Of a DNA stretch of 64,000 nt, positions 38,353 to 47,510 are shown piece after piece. The translations under genes were made by a program, and so were the position numbers. The stretch spans positions 64,001-128,000 of IMG/VR virus record IMGVR_UViG_3300027969_000042. One strand, given 5' to 3'. Numbering within the stretch: the stretch's first letter is position 1; every line of letters begins with the position of its first letter. The notes under the pieces are model-generated. The model was not told the origin of the DNA and did no database searches. It worked only from the letters and a program-made list of their open reading frames with translations. Source of the stretch: a virus.

Positions 38353-38353
38353 A

Positions 38354-38770
38354 TTATTGAATTTCAATAACTTCAATCTCAAATACAAGATCTTTGCCTG
38401 CTAAAGGATGATTCCCGTCGATAACTACATTATCTTCATTTACCTCTTTAACAAAAACTTGTGCAGATTGACCATTATCTCCTTGTGCTTCTAAAGCTTG
38501 ACCAACTTCAACATCACCTGGCATTTTCTCAAGAGGAACACTCACTATAAGGTCTTCTCTAACTAATCCATATCCCTCTTCAGGAGTAATGCTTGCTGTA
38601 ACTTTATCACCAACAACTTTACCAATAATTGCACTTTCAAATCCTGGAATCAACTGACCAGATCCTACTTCAAATTGAAGAGGTTCTCTTCCTTCTGAAC
38701 TGTCGAATACTTCACCGTCAGTAAATTTACCAACATAATGTACACTAACAACTTTACCGTTTTCTATCAT
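38354..38770 (-). CDS. slyD: FKBP-type peptidyl-prolyl isomerase (SlyD-like, no His tail)
   Basis: VSVHYVG, GEVFDSS, LIPGFE, PEEGYG and DGNHPLAGKDLVF. Confidence 0.92.
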   Translation of the reverse strand: MIENGKVVSVHYVGKFTDGEVFDSSEGREPLQFEVGSGQLIPGFESAIIGKVVGDKVTASITPEEGYGLVREDLIVSVPLEKMPGDVEVGQALEAQGDNGQSAQVFVKEVNEDNVVIDGNHPLAGKDLVFEIEVIEIQ

Positions 38771-38815
38771 TATAAATATATTTTTTTAATTATATAGAAG
38801 AATTTTATTAAGTTG

Positions 38816-39559
38816 TTACTCAATAATAAATAATTTTATATTTCCTTCTAAGTCTTCATATAAAAAAGAACAAGACTCACAAAAATCACCAGTATTATAA
38901 TAATTCTTATCATCTATTTTCTCTATTGCAGGTGTATGTATATGACCAATCATTATAGAATTACAATCCGTTTCTTGCAATTTCTTTATTGATAAGTATT
39001 TAAAGTCATTTACAAATGCAATTGCATCTTTTACTTTTGATTTTAAATATTTTGATAAAGACCAATAATCTAATCCAAAAACCCTTCTTAACTTATTATA
39101 AACTTTATTTATCTTAAAACTTAACTCATAAGCAAAATCACCTAAGATATATAAAAATGGATGTAGTCTTATAAACCCATCAAACTGATCACCGTGACAA
39201 ATAAAAATCTTCTCACCTTTGGTAGTTTCATATTTATACTCATCACATATTAGAATATTTCCTAAATTAATATCAAATTGTTCTTCTTTTATTAGACCTC
39301 TTAAAAAGTGATCATGATTTCCCAATAAGTAAACAACGTTGACACCCTTTCTTGACAGTCTTAAAACTTTTTGTATAACAGTTGAATGATCCTCATTCCA
39401 GTAAAACTTACTTTTTAATGCAGTTAAATCTATGAAGTCACCAATGATTATTAAATTTTCAAATTCATAATCTTTTAAAACATCTAATAATTTATTAGCT
39501 TGTGATTTCTTAGTTCCTAAGTGAACATCTGATATAAATAATGTTCTAACTTTTTGCAT
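38816..39559 (-). CDS. LpxH-like (UDP-2,3-diacylglucosamine hydrolase family) metallophosphoesterase
   Basis: SDVHLG, GDFID, GNHD, HGD, GHIH and NTGDFCES; start moved to MQKVR at 39559. Confidence 0.8.
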   Translation of the reverse strand: MQKVRTLFISDVHLGTKKSQANKLLDVLKDYEFENLIIIGDFIDLTALKSKFYWNEDHSTVIQKVLRLSRKGVNVVYLLGNHDHFLRGLIKEEQFDINLGNILICDEYKYETTKGEKIFICHGDQFDGFIRLHPFLYILGDFAYELSFKINKVYNKLRRVFGLDYWSLSKYLKSKVKDAIAFVNDFKYLSIKKLQETDCNSIMIGHIHTPAIEKIDDKNYYNTGDFCESCSFLYEDLEGNIKLFIIE

Positions 39560-40523
39560 AATCACTGATTTTTTTAACAATATCTTCAATTGGATCATTC
39601 CAATCATATTTAATACTTTTATAGTTATAAATCCACTCAAATATATTATCATTATTCAAATCATCAGTAAATACACCCATTTTATTAAGTGCTTTTGCAT
39701 TACAAAGTTGTTCGTATTGTCCTTTAATAGGAATAGACCATAACTTTTTACCTAATACCAAAGCTTCTGATGTAGTAGAAAATCCTGAGGCAGTTATTAC
39801 ACCAGAACAATTTAATAAGTCTTTACTAAACTTTTCTTTATCTAGTTTTTTCAATTTTACTATACCATCAGTTGAGTCTTTTAATACATCAGGTGAATAA
39901 ACCTTCCAATTTCCTACACAATAAGTATTTATCTGTTCTGATATAAATTTTGAAGACATTGAAGGTAAATAAACTAAGTAGAACCTTCTATCAGTCACTT
40001 TTTTATTTATGAAGTCATCACTTATAATAGGTAAAGTAATAAATTCATCATACTTTTTATAGTTTATACCGATATGTTCTTTACACGGTGCAAAGAATTT
40101 TATAAAAATTTCTGAGAATATATCTTTAAAGAAAGGTCTAGGTGTTTTGCTTGATCTAAATGAGTATTGATTACCTATACCTAATGATTTTTTATTTGAT
40201 CTTCTTGCAGACCAAGCAGATACTGGTTCAAAATCAGATATTATAAGGTCATATGAACTTACATCATATTTTAAATCTGATAGAAATTGTTTTAGTTTAA
40301 GTGATAATAAAGTTTTTATCCAATCTATACCACCTTTCTTATTATAAAAGAATGATAATCCTTGAAATTGTTTTTTAATTTCAAATGGTAACTTTAATTG
40401 TGAATTGGTACCCGATGTTATAATATCTACATCAAATCCCTCAGACTTTAAAGCATCAATTATCTTTATAGACCTTGTTATATGTCCATTCCCTGTTAGT
40501 TGAATACCATACAGAATCTTCAT
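39546..40523 (-). CDS. GT-B glycosyltransferase (MJ1255/VC2487-like)
   Basis: GIQLTGNGHITRS, ISDFEPVSAW, ASGFSTTSEALVLGK and PIKGQYEQLCNA. Confidence 0.85.
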   Translation of the reverse strand: MKILYGIQLTGNGHITRSIKIIDALKSEGFDVDIITSGTNSQLKLPFEIKKQFQGLSFFYNKKGGIDWIKTLLSLKLKQFLSDLKYDVSSYDLIISDFEPVSAWSARRSNKKSLGIGNQYSFRSSKTPRPFFKDIFSEIFIKFFAPCKEHIGINYKKYDEFITLPIISDDFINKKVTDRRFYLVYLPSMSSKFISEQINTYCVGNWKVYSPDVLKDSTDGIVKLKKLDKEKFSKDLLNCSGVITASGFSTTSEALVLGKKLWSIPIKGQYEQLCNAKALNKMGVFTDDLNNDNIFEWIYNYKSIKYDWNDPIEDIVKKISDYAKS

Positions 40524-40525
40524 AG

Positions 40526-42046
40526 TTATCTTGATTTAAAATTTTCAAAACTTTTGATTAAATTACCTTGTTTATCTAATTTAGTAACATCTTTAGTAGC
40601 AATTACTTTATTATCCATATCAGGTGATTTTGGATTGAAATGTTCTGCAGGTTCACTCCACTTTAAACTCAAATTAAAAGGAACACCTGATAAGTCAGAT
40701 ATAATCTTATTCTTAAACATATCAACATATTTTAAACCATCATAAAGAGTCAATTCTACAATTTTATCATCTTCACTACCAGTTTTCTCACCAGACTTTC
40801 CATAGATATTTGAAATTGAACCAATTCCACCGTGACCACCAGAAACAGTAATCTCATCTTGTCCTAATGTGGTATCGGGATTGTGATAACCTAGGTGTTT
40901 TTGAAAGTTTTTTAATAACTCTGTCATATACTTACCTAAATCATCAACTACTTTACTACCTTTTAATGTAGGTAAATTTTCAATTGTATTTATCTTCTTA
41001 TATGCACAAACTTGTAAAGTTGAACCATATTGAAGTAATATGAAATTAGGTTCTGAATCCAGAACACCATCAGCAAAATCTTTCTCAACAATAACTCTTG
41101 CTCTTAAAGCATTTGCCCAAGTTCCAGTTGGTACAAAAACTAAATTACCAATTTTTTGATAACCATCCATTTGAAGATATTGACCATTTTTAAATTGATT
41201 TGTAAATTCTGTCTGTGTATTATAAGTTTTTTTAGAAGACATTGAACCTCTAGTTTTCTTTTGCATTTCTCCTAATCTCCATTGAGAATCCTCAATAAAG
41301 TCTTTTTTATGACCTCTTTTAGGTCCACCCATTATAGCATTATGTTCTGGATAAACTTTCTTCATCACATTAAAAATAGAGTAAATAGAAGCATCTGCAC
41401 AGTTTTGAATAACTGATATAAGTGTTTTCGTATCTGATCTTTTTAAGAACTGATTAAATGCTGCACCAAATTCTAATCTTCTTTTTTTAGACTTTTTAAT
41501 TTCTGATAAATTAAAATCTAAAAGTCTTTGCCAAGGAACTTCATATTCATCATATTTTGCAGCATCAATCATATCAATTACATCTAATTGAAGCGAATCT
41601 TGTGGAACACCGAGTGCTTGACAAACTGCCTCATATCCAGAATCAGTTTTTTTCTTTTGTACCGGTGACTTTTTATATTTTTCTAAATCATCTTCATTGA
41701 ATAATCCGTGGTGATCTAAGTAATAATCTATCATATCATCTCTTTCATCTCCTGGCATAGAAGCGAAATCTAAAACAACATTTATAAGTTTTGGATCTAA
41801 AGTTGTATATTTCCAACCTTCTGTGTAATTAAGTATACCGTATTTAACAATAGTAAATCCTTTGTTAAGTAAGTATTTTTTTACTTCGATTGCAGAGAAA
41901 ATACCATCCATATCATCGTGAGTATAAAGTGCAACATTTTTACCTTCTTTACCTTTTCTTAACCAATACTTTTCATCTACTGGCAATCTTGGTGAAGACT
42001 CTTCTTTGATTAAATCAAATTTATTAAATTGTTTTACGTTTTTCAT
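40526..42046 (-). CDS. DHH-like phosphoesterase (tagged)
   Basis: YTHDDMDG, VLDFA, YLDHHG and C-terminal GGHGG; tag-like sequence at both termini. Confidence 0.7.
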   Translation of the reverse strand: MKNVKQFNKFDLIKEESSPRLPVDEKYWLRKGKEGKNVALYTHDDMDGIFSAIEVKKYLLNKGFTIVKYGILNYTEGWKYTTLDPKLINVVLDFASMPGDERDDMIDYYLDHHGLFNEDDLEKYKKSPVQKKKTDSGYEAVCQALGVPQDSLQLDVIDMIDAAKYDEYEVPWQRLLDFNLSEIKKSKKRRLEFGAAFNQFLKRSDTKTLISVIQNCADASIYSIFNVMKKVYPEHNAIMGGPKRGHKKDFIEDSQWRLGEMQKKTRGSMSSKKTYNTQTEFTNQFKNGQYLQMDGYQKIGNLVFVPTGTWANALRARVIVEKDFADGVLDSEPNFILLQYGSTLQVCAYKKINTIENLPTLKGSKVVDDLGKYMTELLKNFQKHLGYHNPDTTLGQDEITVSGGHGGIGSISNIYGKSGEKTGSEDDKIVELTLYDGLKYVDMFKNKIISDLSGVPFNLSLKWSEPAEHFNPKSPDMDNKVIATKDVTKLDKQGNLIKSFENFKSR

Positions 42047-42081
42047 AGTCTATATATTTTGTTTCAATAATGTAAATTCTA

Positions 42082-42864
42082 TTATCTGTTATTATAATCA
42101 TTTTCTATATAACGCCAAGCATCATTAAAATCTCCAAAATTGAGTCCATTTTGATGTAATAACACCTCTAGTCTATTAAAGTCTACTACTCTACAAAGAT
42201 TATCGTGTATTATAAAATTATAATGTGAAGATGATTGTGTGTTATAAGAAAGTTTAAGTACTTTAACCGGATTGTTTCTATCAGTTACAAACTTATTTTT
42301 ATAAAAAATATAATAATGTCTCCATCTTCCAGTATTTCTTGTTACTTTCCAAACAGATCTGTCTTCATCATTATCTAATTGACTAAGATAAGTATTATCT
42401 TTTTTATATACTCTTGATAAAAGATCACACAAAATTTCATTATAAATTTGAATTCTAATACCATCAATAGGAACTATTTGTTGTAAAGTATTTATACTTG
42501 TCAACTCTTTTTCATTCCAAACGTTATTTTGAATATCTAAAAGATAAAGTGATTTAATAACATATTCTTTTTTTAGAAAATGTAAAAAAGGTATAAATCT
42601 ATCTGATACTGTGTTCCAAAGAAAAGGATGTACCTCTACTCTATTTCTAACATCTGTTTGAAAATTAGTAGTCTTGGATGCTGACGTATCTTCTTTTTTA
42701 TAAATATAAATTTCTAATTTATTTGCAGTATTACCACCATTTTCTTCACAATCACCAACAATAACTTCATATCCCTCATCAAGTAAATAAGCTAGATGAT
42801 TCCTAACAAAATCCTCAACATCTCTAATTTGATATGCCTCATTTATACTTTTTAAATATTTCAT
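42082..42864 (-). CDS. Hypothetical protein (tagged)
   Basis: MKYLKSINEA start. Confidence 0.55.
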   Translation of the reverse strand: MKYLKSINEAYQIRDVEDFVRNHLAYLLDEGYEVIVGDCEENGGNTANKLEIYIYKKEDTSASKTTNFQTDVRNRVEVHPFLWNTVSDRFIPFLHFLKKEYVIKSLYLLDIQNNVWNEKELTSINTLQQIVPIDGIRIQIYNEILCDLLSRVYKKDNTYLSQLDNDEDRSVWKVTRNTGRWRHYYIFYKNKFVTDRNNPVKVLKLSYNTQSSSHYNFIIHDNLCRVVDFNRLEVLLHQNGLNFGDFNDAWRYIENDYNNR

Positions 42865-44237
42865 TACTTTTTAAATCCTTTTATAGCACCTTCTTTATCA
42901 CCTTTATCATCCTCTTCAAATGGAGTATCAAAGAAGTTAGAAGTATCAGTAACAACTTTAACTTCTGAGTCTAAACTAGCGTAAGGTCCAAGTTCACCAG
43001 AACGGAAAACACCACTATACATATTACCATTAAGATATCCACCCATAAAGTAACAATTAGTCAATTCACTTTGTTCTACTTTACAGTTGAATACTTTTGA
43101 ATTATCTACATCAGAGTGTTGAATTTTAGATTTTGTAATTTGTGAATTCTTTATTTCAGATCCAACAAAGAAACAGTCTTCAAAAATTCCTTCTACATTA
43201 CAGTTTATTAAGTCACATCCTTTAATTGTTAAAAGTGATTTAAAGTTTGCATCAACTATTTCAACTATTTGTGTGTTGATAACATAATTTATAATACATT
43301 CTTTTAAATCTTCTGTAGCTTCAACTAAAGCAAATAACTTAGGATAGATTTTATCATAGTAAGTATTTACCATATCATAACTATTATTCTGGTCTATTTG
43401 TATTTGTACACTAGGGAAATCAACAATAAAATTATCATATTTTGAAAGGTTTTTAAATTTTGATATATTTTCTTCTAAGAACTCTTCTAATTTAGAAACA
43501 TCTTCTGCATTAAATAGAGTATCAATAGAGTCAAATACATTTATAATAAATCTATCCATAAAGTAAATTAGTTGACCTAAATTCTTTTCATAGTCTTTAC
43601 CACCAATATATCTCAACTCTAATCTTTGAGTTTCTTTATCGTTATTGATATGTAAGAAGTTTATACCAAAGTACTTATCATTTGGTAATCTTAAATTATT
43701 TTTAACAACTGAGATAGGAATATTGAAAAAGTCATACTCTTTAAAAGGAATCATATTTTTAATACTTTTTGCATAAACATTTGCTTTTCTTGATGGATAA
43801 CATCTATATATCTCATCTTCATCAGTATTTAATATAAGTTTTAGTATATTTAAGTCATTTAAGTTTTTATCCCCGTTAAAGGATAAGTTAAAGTGAATAG
43901 AACATTTCTCGTTGGTGTATCCATAAGTTTGTATAAATTTAATAATTTTAACAAGAAAATACTTAGCATCAAAATAATCTAATGGTCCTGTTACTAATTC
44001 AACCATGTTTGAACCTCCTGATAAATCGGGTTCAATTTTAAAGTTTCTATCATCTGGAGTAAAATCAGAGTGATACTCTCTAAAACCCCAAACCTTAACT
44101 GGGTCTAGTTCTTGGTTAAGTAGTTCTAATGTTTTATAGAAAGAAAGATCTTTCATATAGAACTCGAATTCCATTCCTACTATTGCATTTTTAAGCTTAC
44201 TTGATTGGTTTAAAAATTTATCTGAATATTTTTCCAT
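42864..44237 (-). CDS. Putative amidoligase (COOH-NH2 ligase fold) with a C-terminal beta-helix-like repeat
   Basis: GMEFEF, IEPDLS, ELVTGP, CSIHFNLS and RLELRYIGG; pentapeptide-like NSQITKSKIQHSDVDNSKVFNCKVEQSELTNC. Confidence 0.65.
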   Translation of the reverse strand: MEKYSDKFLNQSSKLKNAIVGMEFEFYMKDLSFYKTLELLNQELDPVKVWGFREYHSDFTPDDRNFKIEPDLSGGSNMVELVTGPLDYFDAKYFLVKIIKFIQTYGYTNEKCSIHFNLSFNGDKNLNDLNILKLILNTDEDEIYRCYPSRKANVYAKSIKNMIPFKEYDFFNIPISVVKNNLRLPNDKYFGINFLHINNDKETQRLELRYIGGKDYEKNLGQLIYFMDRFIINVFDSIDTLFNAEDVSKLEEFLEENISKFKNLSKYDNFIVDFPSVQIQIDQNNSYDMVNTYYDKIYPKLFALVEATEDLKECIINYVINTQIVEIVDANFKSLLTIKGCDLINCNVEGIFEDCFFVGSEIKNSQITKSKIQHSDVDNSKVFNCKVEQSELTNCYFMGGYLNGNMYSGVFRSGELGPYASLDSEVKVVTDTSNFFDTPFEEDDKGDKEGAIKGFKK

Positions 44238-44309
44238 ATTGTTATATATTAAAAATTATAGGGACTTTAATCGAAATTATATATAAATTGTTAAAAATAA
44301 ATAAAATGA

Positions 44310-44699
44310 ATGGAGTTCTTTTGTGTCTATTGCAAAACTAGGAAAAAATTTGATAAATTTGTAAAGGTGAACGCCATCAAAAATAAATATATCATAGATA
44401 TAAATAAAATAATTAGTGAAGAAGAGGTTGACTTCACGGATGATAAAACGTACCTGAAAATTTTAATTTTTAACAAAATACAACAAGCAATAGATAAAAA
44501 GAAGGACATATACTATATTCCTGACTTCGATAACGAATTCTCAATCGAAAAACTACTTAACCTCAAAAAAATCCTTGGAGAAAACAATTTTAACGTTTTA
44601 ATATTCTACAATGAATTCAGAAGAAATCCAGAAGTTATGGATGATGTTTTCTCAAACCTTTCAAAATTTTCAAATTCTCAAATTATTCGTGATTATTAG
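44310..44699 (+). CDS. Hypothetical protein
   Basis: 129-aa ORF; TATATA upstream. Confidence 0.5.
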   Translation: MEFFCVYCKTRKKFDKFVKVNAIKNKYIIDINKIISEEEVDFTDDKTYLKILIFNKIQQAIDKKKDIYYIPDFDNEFSIEKLLNLKKILGENNFNVLIFYNEFRRNPEVMDDVFSNLSKFSNSQIIRDY

Positions 44700-44754
44700 G
44701 TAATCAGAGATTACTAATTTTTTATATATAGTATATAAAAAATAATTATTAGTT

Positions 44755-46989
44755 ATGGCTTTATTAGGCGGTTCTCCACTTGGTCTTATTGGTGTTAGAA
44801 GTTTACCAACTTCCGATGGTATGTCAACATTTAATGGTGGTGCCAGTAGAAAAATATCAGTAAACTCATATAATAATGCAACCAATGGTCAAATGAATGC
44901 AACTGGTGTTTTTACTGGATCAACAGGTACTAGATCTTTATTTAGTGGATCTCCTTCTGCATCACTTGCACCATATGGTAATGTTGGTAAATTAGGAACA
45001 ACAACGGGTGGTGGTATGGACATGTCTGGACCGTATAAAGGTATTAAAAGAAGTAGTTTACATAATAATACTGTATATGATACAAGTTTATTAAATATTA
45101 TTGAACAACTATCTGGTACACAAGCCGAATTAAGACCTTCTGACTTTGCTTATCTTAAAGATGTCGGTGTTTTTCCTAATAATAGACTAATGATCGCAAG
45201 AAGATTTGCATCACCTCATAATGATAATATTTTTCTTAAAGGATTGGCAACTGGACAACCCGTTGCTATTATGATTTCTTGGAAACCACAAGGAGAAGAT
45301 TTCTTAAAAATATCATTTGGTGAAAAGTGGGAAGATGCAGATGCTGACTTTAAAAATGTACTGGATTCATTGGGAGAAGACTTTCTTGGTAAAGAACTTG
45401 GTAAAAGAATTGGTGGTGGTATTGCAGTTGTTCCTTTACCTGGATTTACTGAAACAATCCAAAGAACGGTATTGGCAAAATTGGGTGTTATTGAAGACGA
45501 TATGAAAACTCCACTTCCTTCAGGAAATCCTAATCTTATTAAAATGGCAAAAAGAAGACAAACTATTAAAAGTGAGACTGCTGGGTCAGGATTAAAATGT
45601 ACTGTATCTATAACGATGACTTGTGAGTGGGAACAGAAATTTATATCAGGTATTGATCCAACTATTGCTTGGCAGGATATTCTGGGTAAAATACTAACAT
45701 TTTCGACATCCAGAAGTAATAATTATGGTTTGAAAGGAGCATTTGAAAAAAAAATGAAGGAGTGGATGGATCATCCAGAAAAAATTGTGGAAGATATGGT
45801 AAAATATATTAAAGAAGGGTTAGATAAGGCAAAGGAATCTATACAAGAAATGATAAATGGTATTAAAGAAACACTTGCTCCACAAGATGAGAAATCAAAG
45901 GCAGCAAGAGAGAAAGAAACTGCGGATAAAAATGCAGAAAAATTAAAAGAACTTAGTGCAGACGGTTATGCACAAACACTTGTAGATAGTCTAAAAGAAG
46001 GTTTATCAAGACAACTTAATAAGTATAGAATTGCACTTGAAGGTATAGCAAGATCACTTAGTGGTGCACCTTCTACACCTTGGCATATTACCATTGGTAA
46101 TCCATTAAGACCTATTTTTTGTTCTGGTGATATGTATATGGAATCGGACTTGACACTAGATTTAGGTCCCACATTGGCTTTTAATGATTTACCATCAAAT
46201 ATAAAAGCAACTTTTACACTAGAAAATGCAAGACCTTGGGGTCTACAAGAAATTGCGGCAAAGTTTAACTCTGGTTCTATTAGAGTTGTTACTATTGTTA
46301 AAGATACAAATGATCTAAATCATGGAGAAAAACTTCAAGATCAGATTTATGTTACACCGACAACTGGATCAGCGACAAATCCTACAAATACTCCTGCGAC
46401 TACTAATGCGGTTGCGGCGGCGGCGGCTACTGGTGCAGTTACAGGAGTGGCTGGAGCAACTGTTCCTACAACTGCCGCTCAAGTTACACCGACAATAGCT
46501 ACAGTTGCTGCTGGTCCTCAACTACCACCTCCTGTTCCTACATTTGCAAATAATTTCAATACCGATATTAGTACAGCGGCGGGTCCTTTAACTGCAGGGG
46601 CTGCAGCGGCGGCAGCAAGTGCAAAAAGTGGTTTAGATGGTGTTACTGCCGCAGTAAATAGTGGTCAAGCTCAAGCAGAGGCCTTAGCGGCCAAAGCAAC
46701 AGCTGCGGCTAATGAGGCAGCCACCGCGGCAGGTGCTGCAACCAGTGGTGTAATCAATGGAGCAATTGAAGGTGCCGTAGCGACGGCACAAGCAGGAGTT
46801 GCGGCACAAGCAGGAGTTGCGACGGCACAAAATGCAGTAGCAACATCCGGTGCTAATGTGGCTACAAATGCTGCAACTGCTGCAGGTACAGTAAAAGAAT
46901 CAGTTAATAGTGAAACGATAGTACCAGATGCAAATTCATCAATAGGAACAACATTACAAAACATAAATTGGAGTGGTTTTACACTTTAA
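44755..46989 (+). CDS. Putative baseplate/tail structural protein with an Ala/Thr-rich tail
   Basis: PWHITIGNPLRPIF...GPTLAFNDLPS pattern; directly upstream of the gp53-like gene; about 200-aa low-complexity C-terminus. Confidence 0.5.
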   Translation: MALLGGSPLGLIGVRSLPTSDGMSTFNGGASRKISVNSYNNATNGQMNATGVFTGSTGTRSLFSGSPSASLAPYGNVGKLGTTTGGGMDMSGPYKGIKRSSLHNNTVYDTSLLNIIEQLSGTQAELRPSDFAYLKDVGVFPNNRLMIARRFASPHNDNIFLKGLATGQPVAIMISWKPQGEDFLKISFGEKWEDADADFKNVLDSLGEDFLGKELGKRIGGGIAVVPLPGFTETIQRTVLAKLGVIEDDMKTPLPSGNPNLIKMAKRRQTIKSETAGSGLKCTVSITMTCEWEQKFISGIDPTIAWQDILGKILTFSTSRSNNYGLKGAFEKKMKEWMDHPEKIVEDMVKYIKEGLDKAKESIQEMINGIKETLAPQDEKSKAAREKETADKNAEKLKELSADGYAQTLVDSLKEGLSRQLNKYRIALEGIARSLSGAPSTPWHITIGNPLRPIFCSGDMYMESDLTLDLGPTLAFNDLPSNIKATFTLENARPWGLQEIAAKFNSGSIRVVTIVKDTNDLNHGEKLQDQIYVTPTTGSATNPTNTPATTNAVAAAAATGAVTGVAGATVPTTAAQVTPTIATVAAGPQLPPPVPTFANNFNTDISTAAGPLTAGAAAAAASAKSGLDGVTAAVNSGQAQAEALAAKATAAANEAATAAGAATSGVINGAIEGAVATAQAGVAAQAGVATAQNAVATSGANVATNAATAAGTVKESVNSETIVPDANSSIGTTLQNINWSGFTL
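46780..46830 (+). repeat. In-frame tandem repeat (AQAGVA)
   Basis: GCGACGGCACAAGCAGGAGTT / GCGGCACAAGCAGGAGTT / GCGACGGCACAA. Confidence 0.8.
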
Positions 46990-47005
46990 AAAATAAGATA
47001 AAAAA

Positions 47006-47509
47006 ATGGATATATTTTCTTTATATAGAACAGTTAAATTTAACACTACTGATAATGTTTATAATCTTTTTGAACCAACTATTGTTTTCAGAGATGATTC
47101 TACACAAGAATATACGGTAACTGATGCAGATGAGATGCGTATAGATTTAATTTTTCAAAATATGTATAATATAACACCAAATTCAATCTATGAGATGTTA
47201 GAGCATATTGATATTATTTTAAGATTAAATAATATAGATAATCCACTAAATATTAAAGAAGGAATGGTTTTGAAATATCCAATAATGGGTCAATTTGAAT
47301 TTTACAGATATTCAGAAGTTTTAGAAGATACAAATAATGAGACTATTAAACAATTGGGAGTTCAGAATAACCCTAATAAAACTACAAGAGTTGATCCTAA
47401 TAGACAAAATTATATAGAGAATGACTATTCACTATCTCCAGTTGTTTTGGATACACCAAGAGAACCGGTTAGAATAGTAGATGGTAGATTTTCAATAGGA
47501 GGATTATAA
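47006..47509 (+). CDS. Baseplate wedge protein (T4 gp53 / LysM-like)
   Basis: DEMRIDLI...Y...DIILRLNNIDNPLNIKEGMVLKYP. Confidence 0.7.
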   Translation: MDIFSLYRTVKFNTTDNVYNLFEPTIVFRDDSTQEYTVTDADEMRIDLIFQNMYNITPNSIYEMLEHIDIILRLNNIDNPLNIKEGMVLKYPIMGQFEFYRYSEVLEDTNNETIKQLGVQNNPNKTTRVDPNRQNYIENDYSLSPVVLDTPREPVRIVDGRFSIGGL

Positions 47510-47510
47510 T

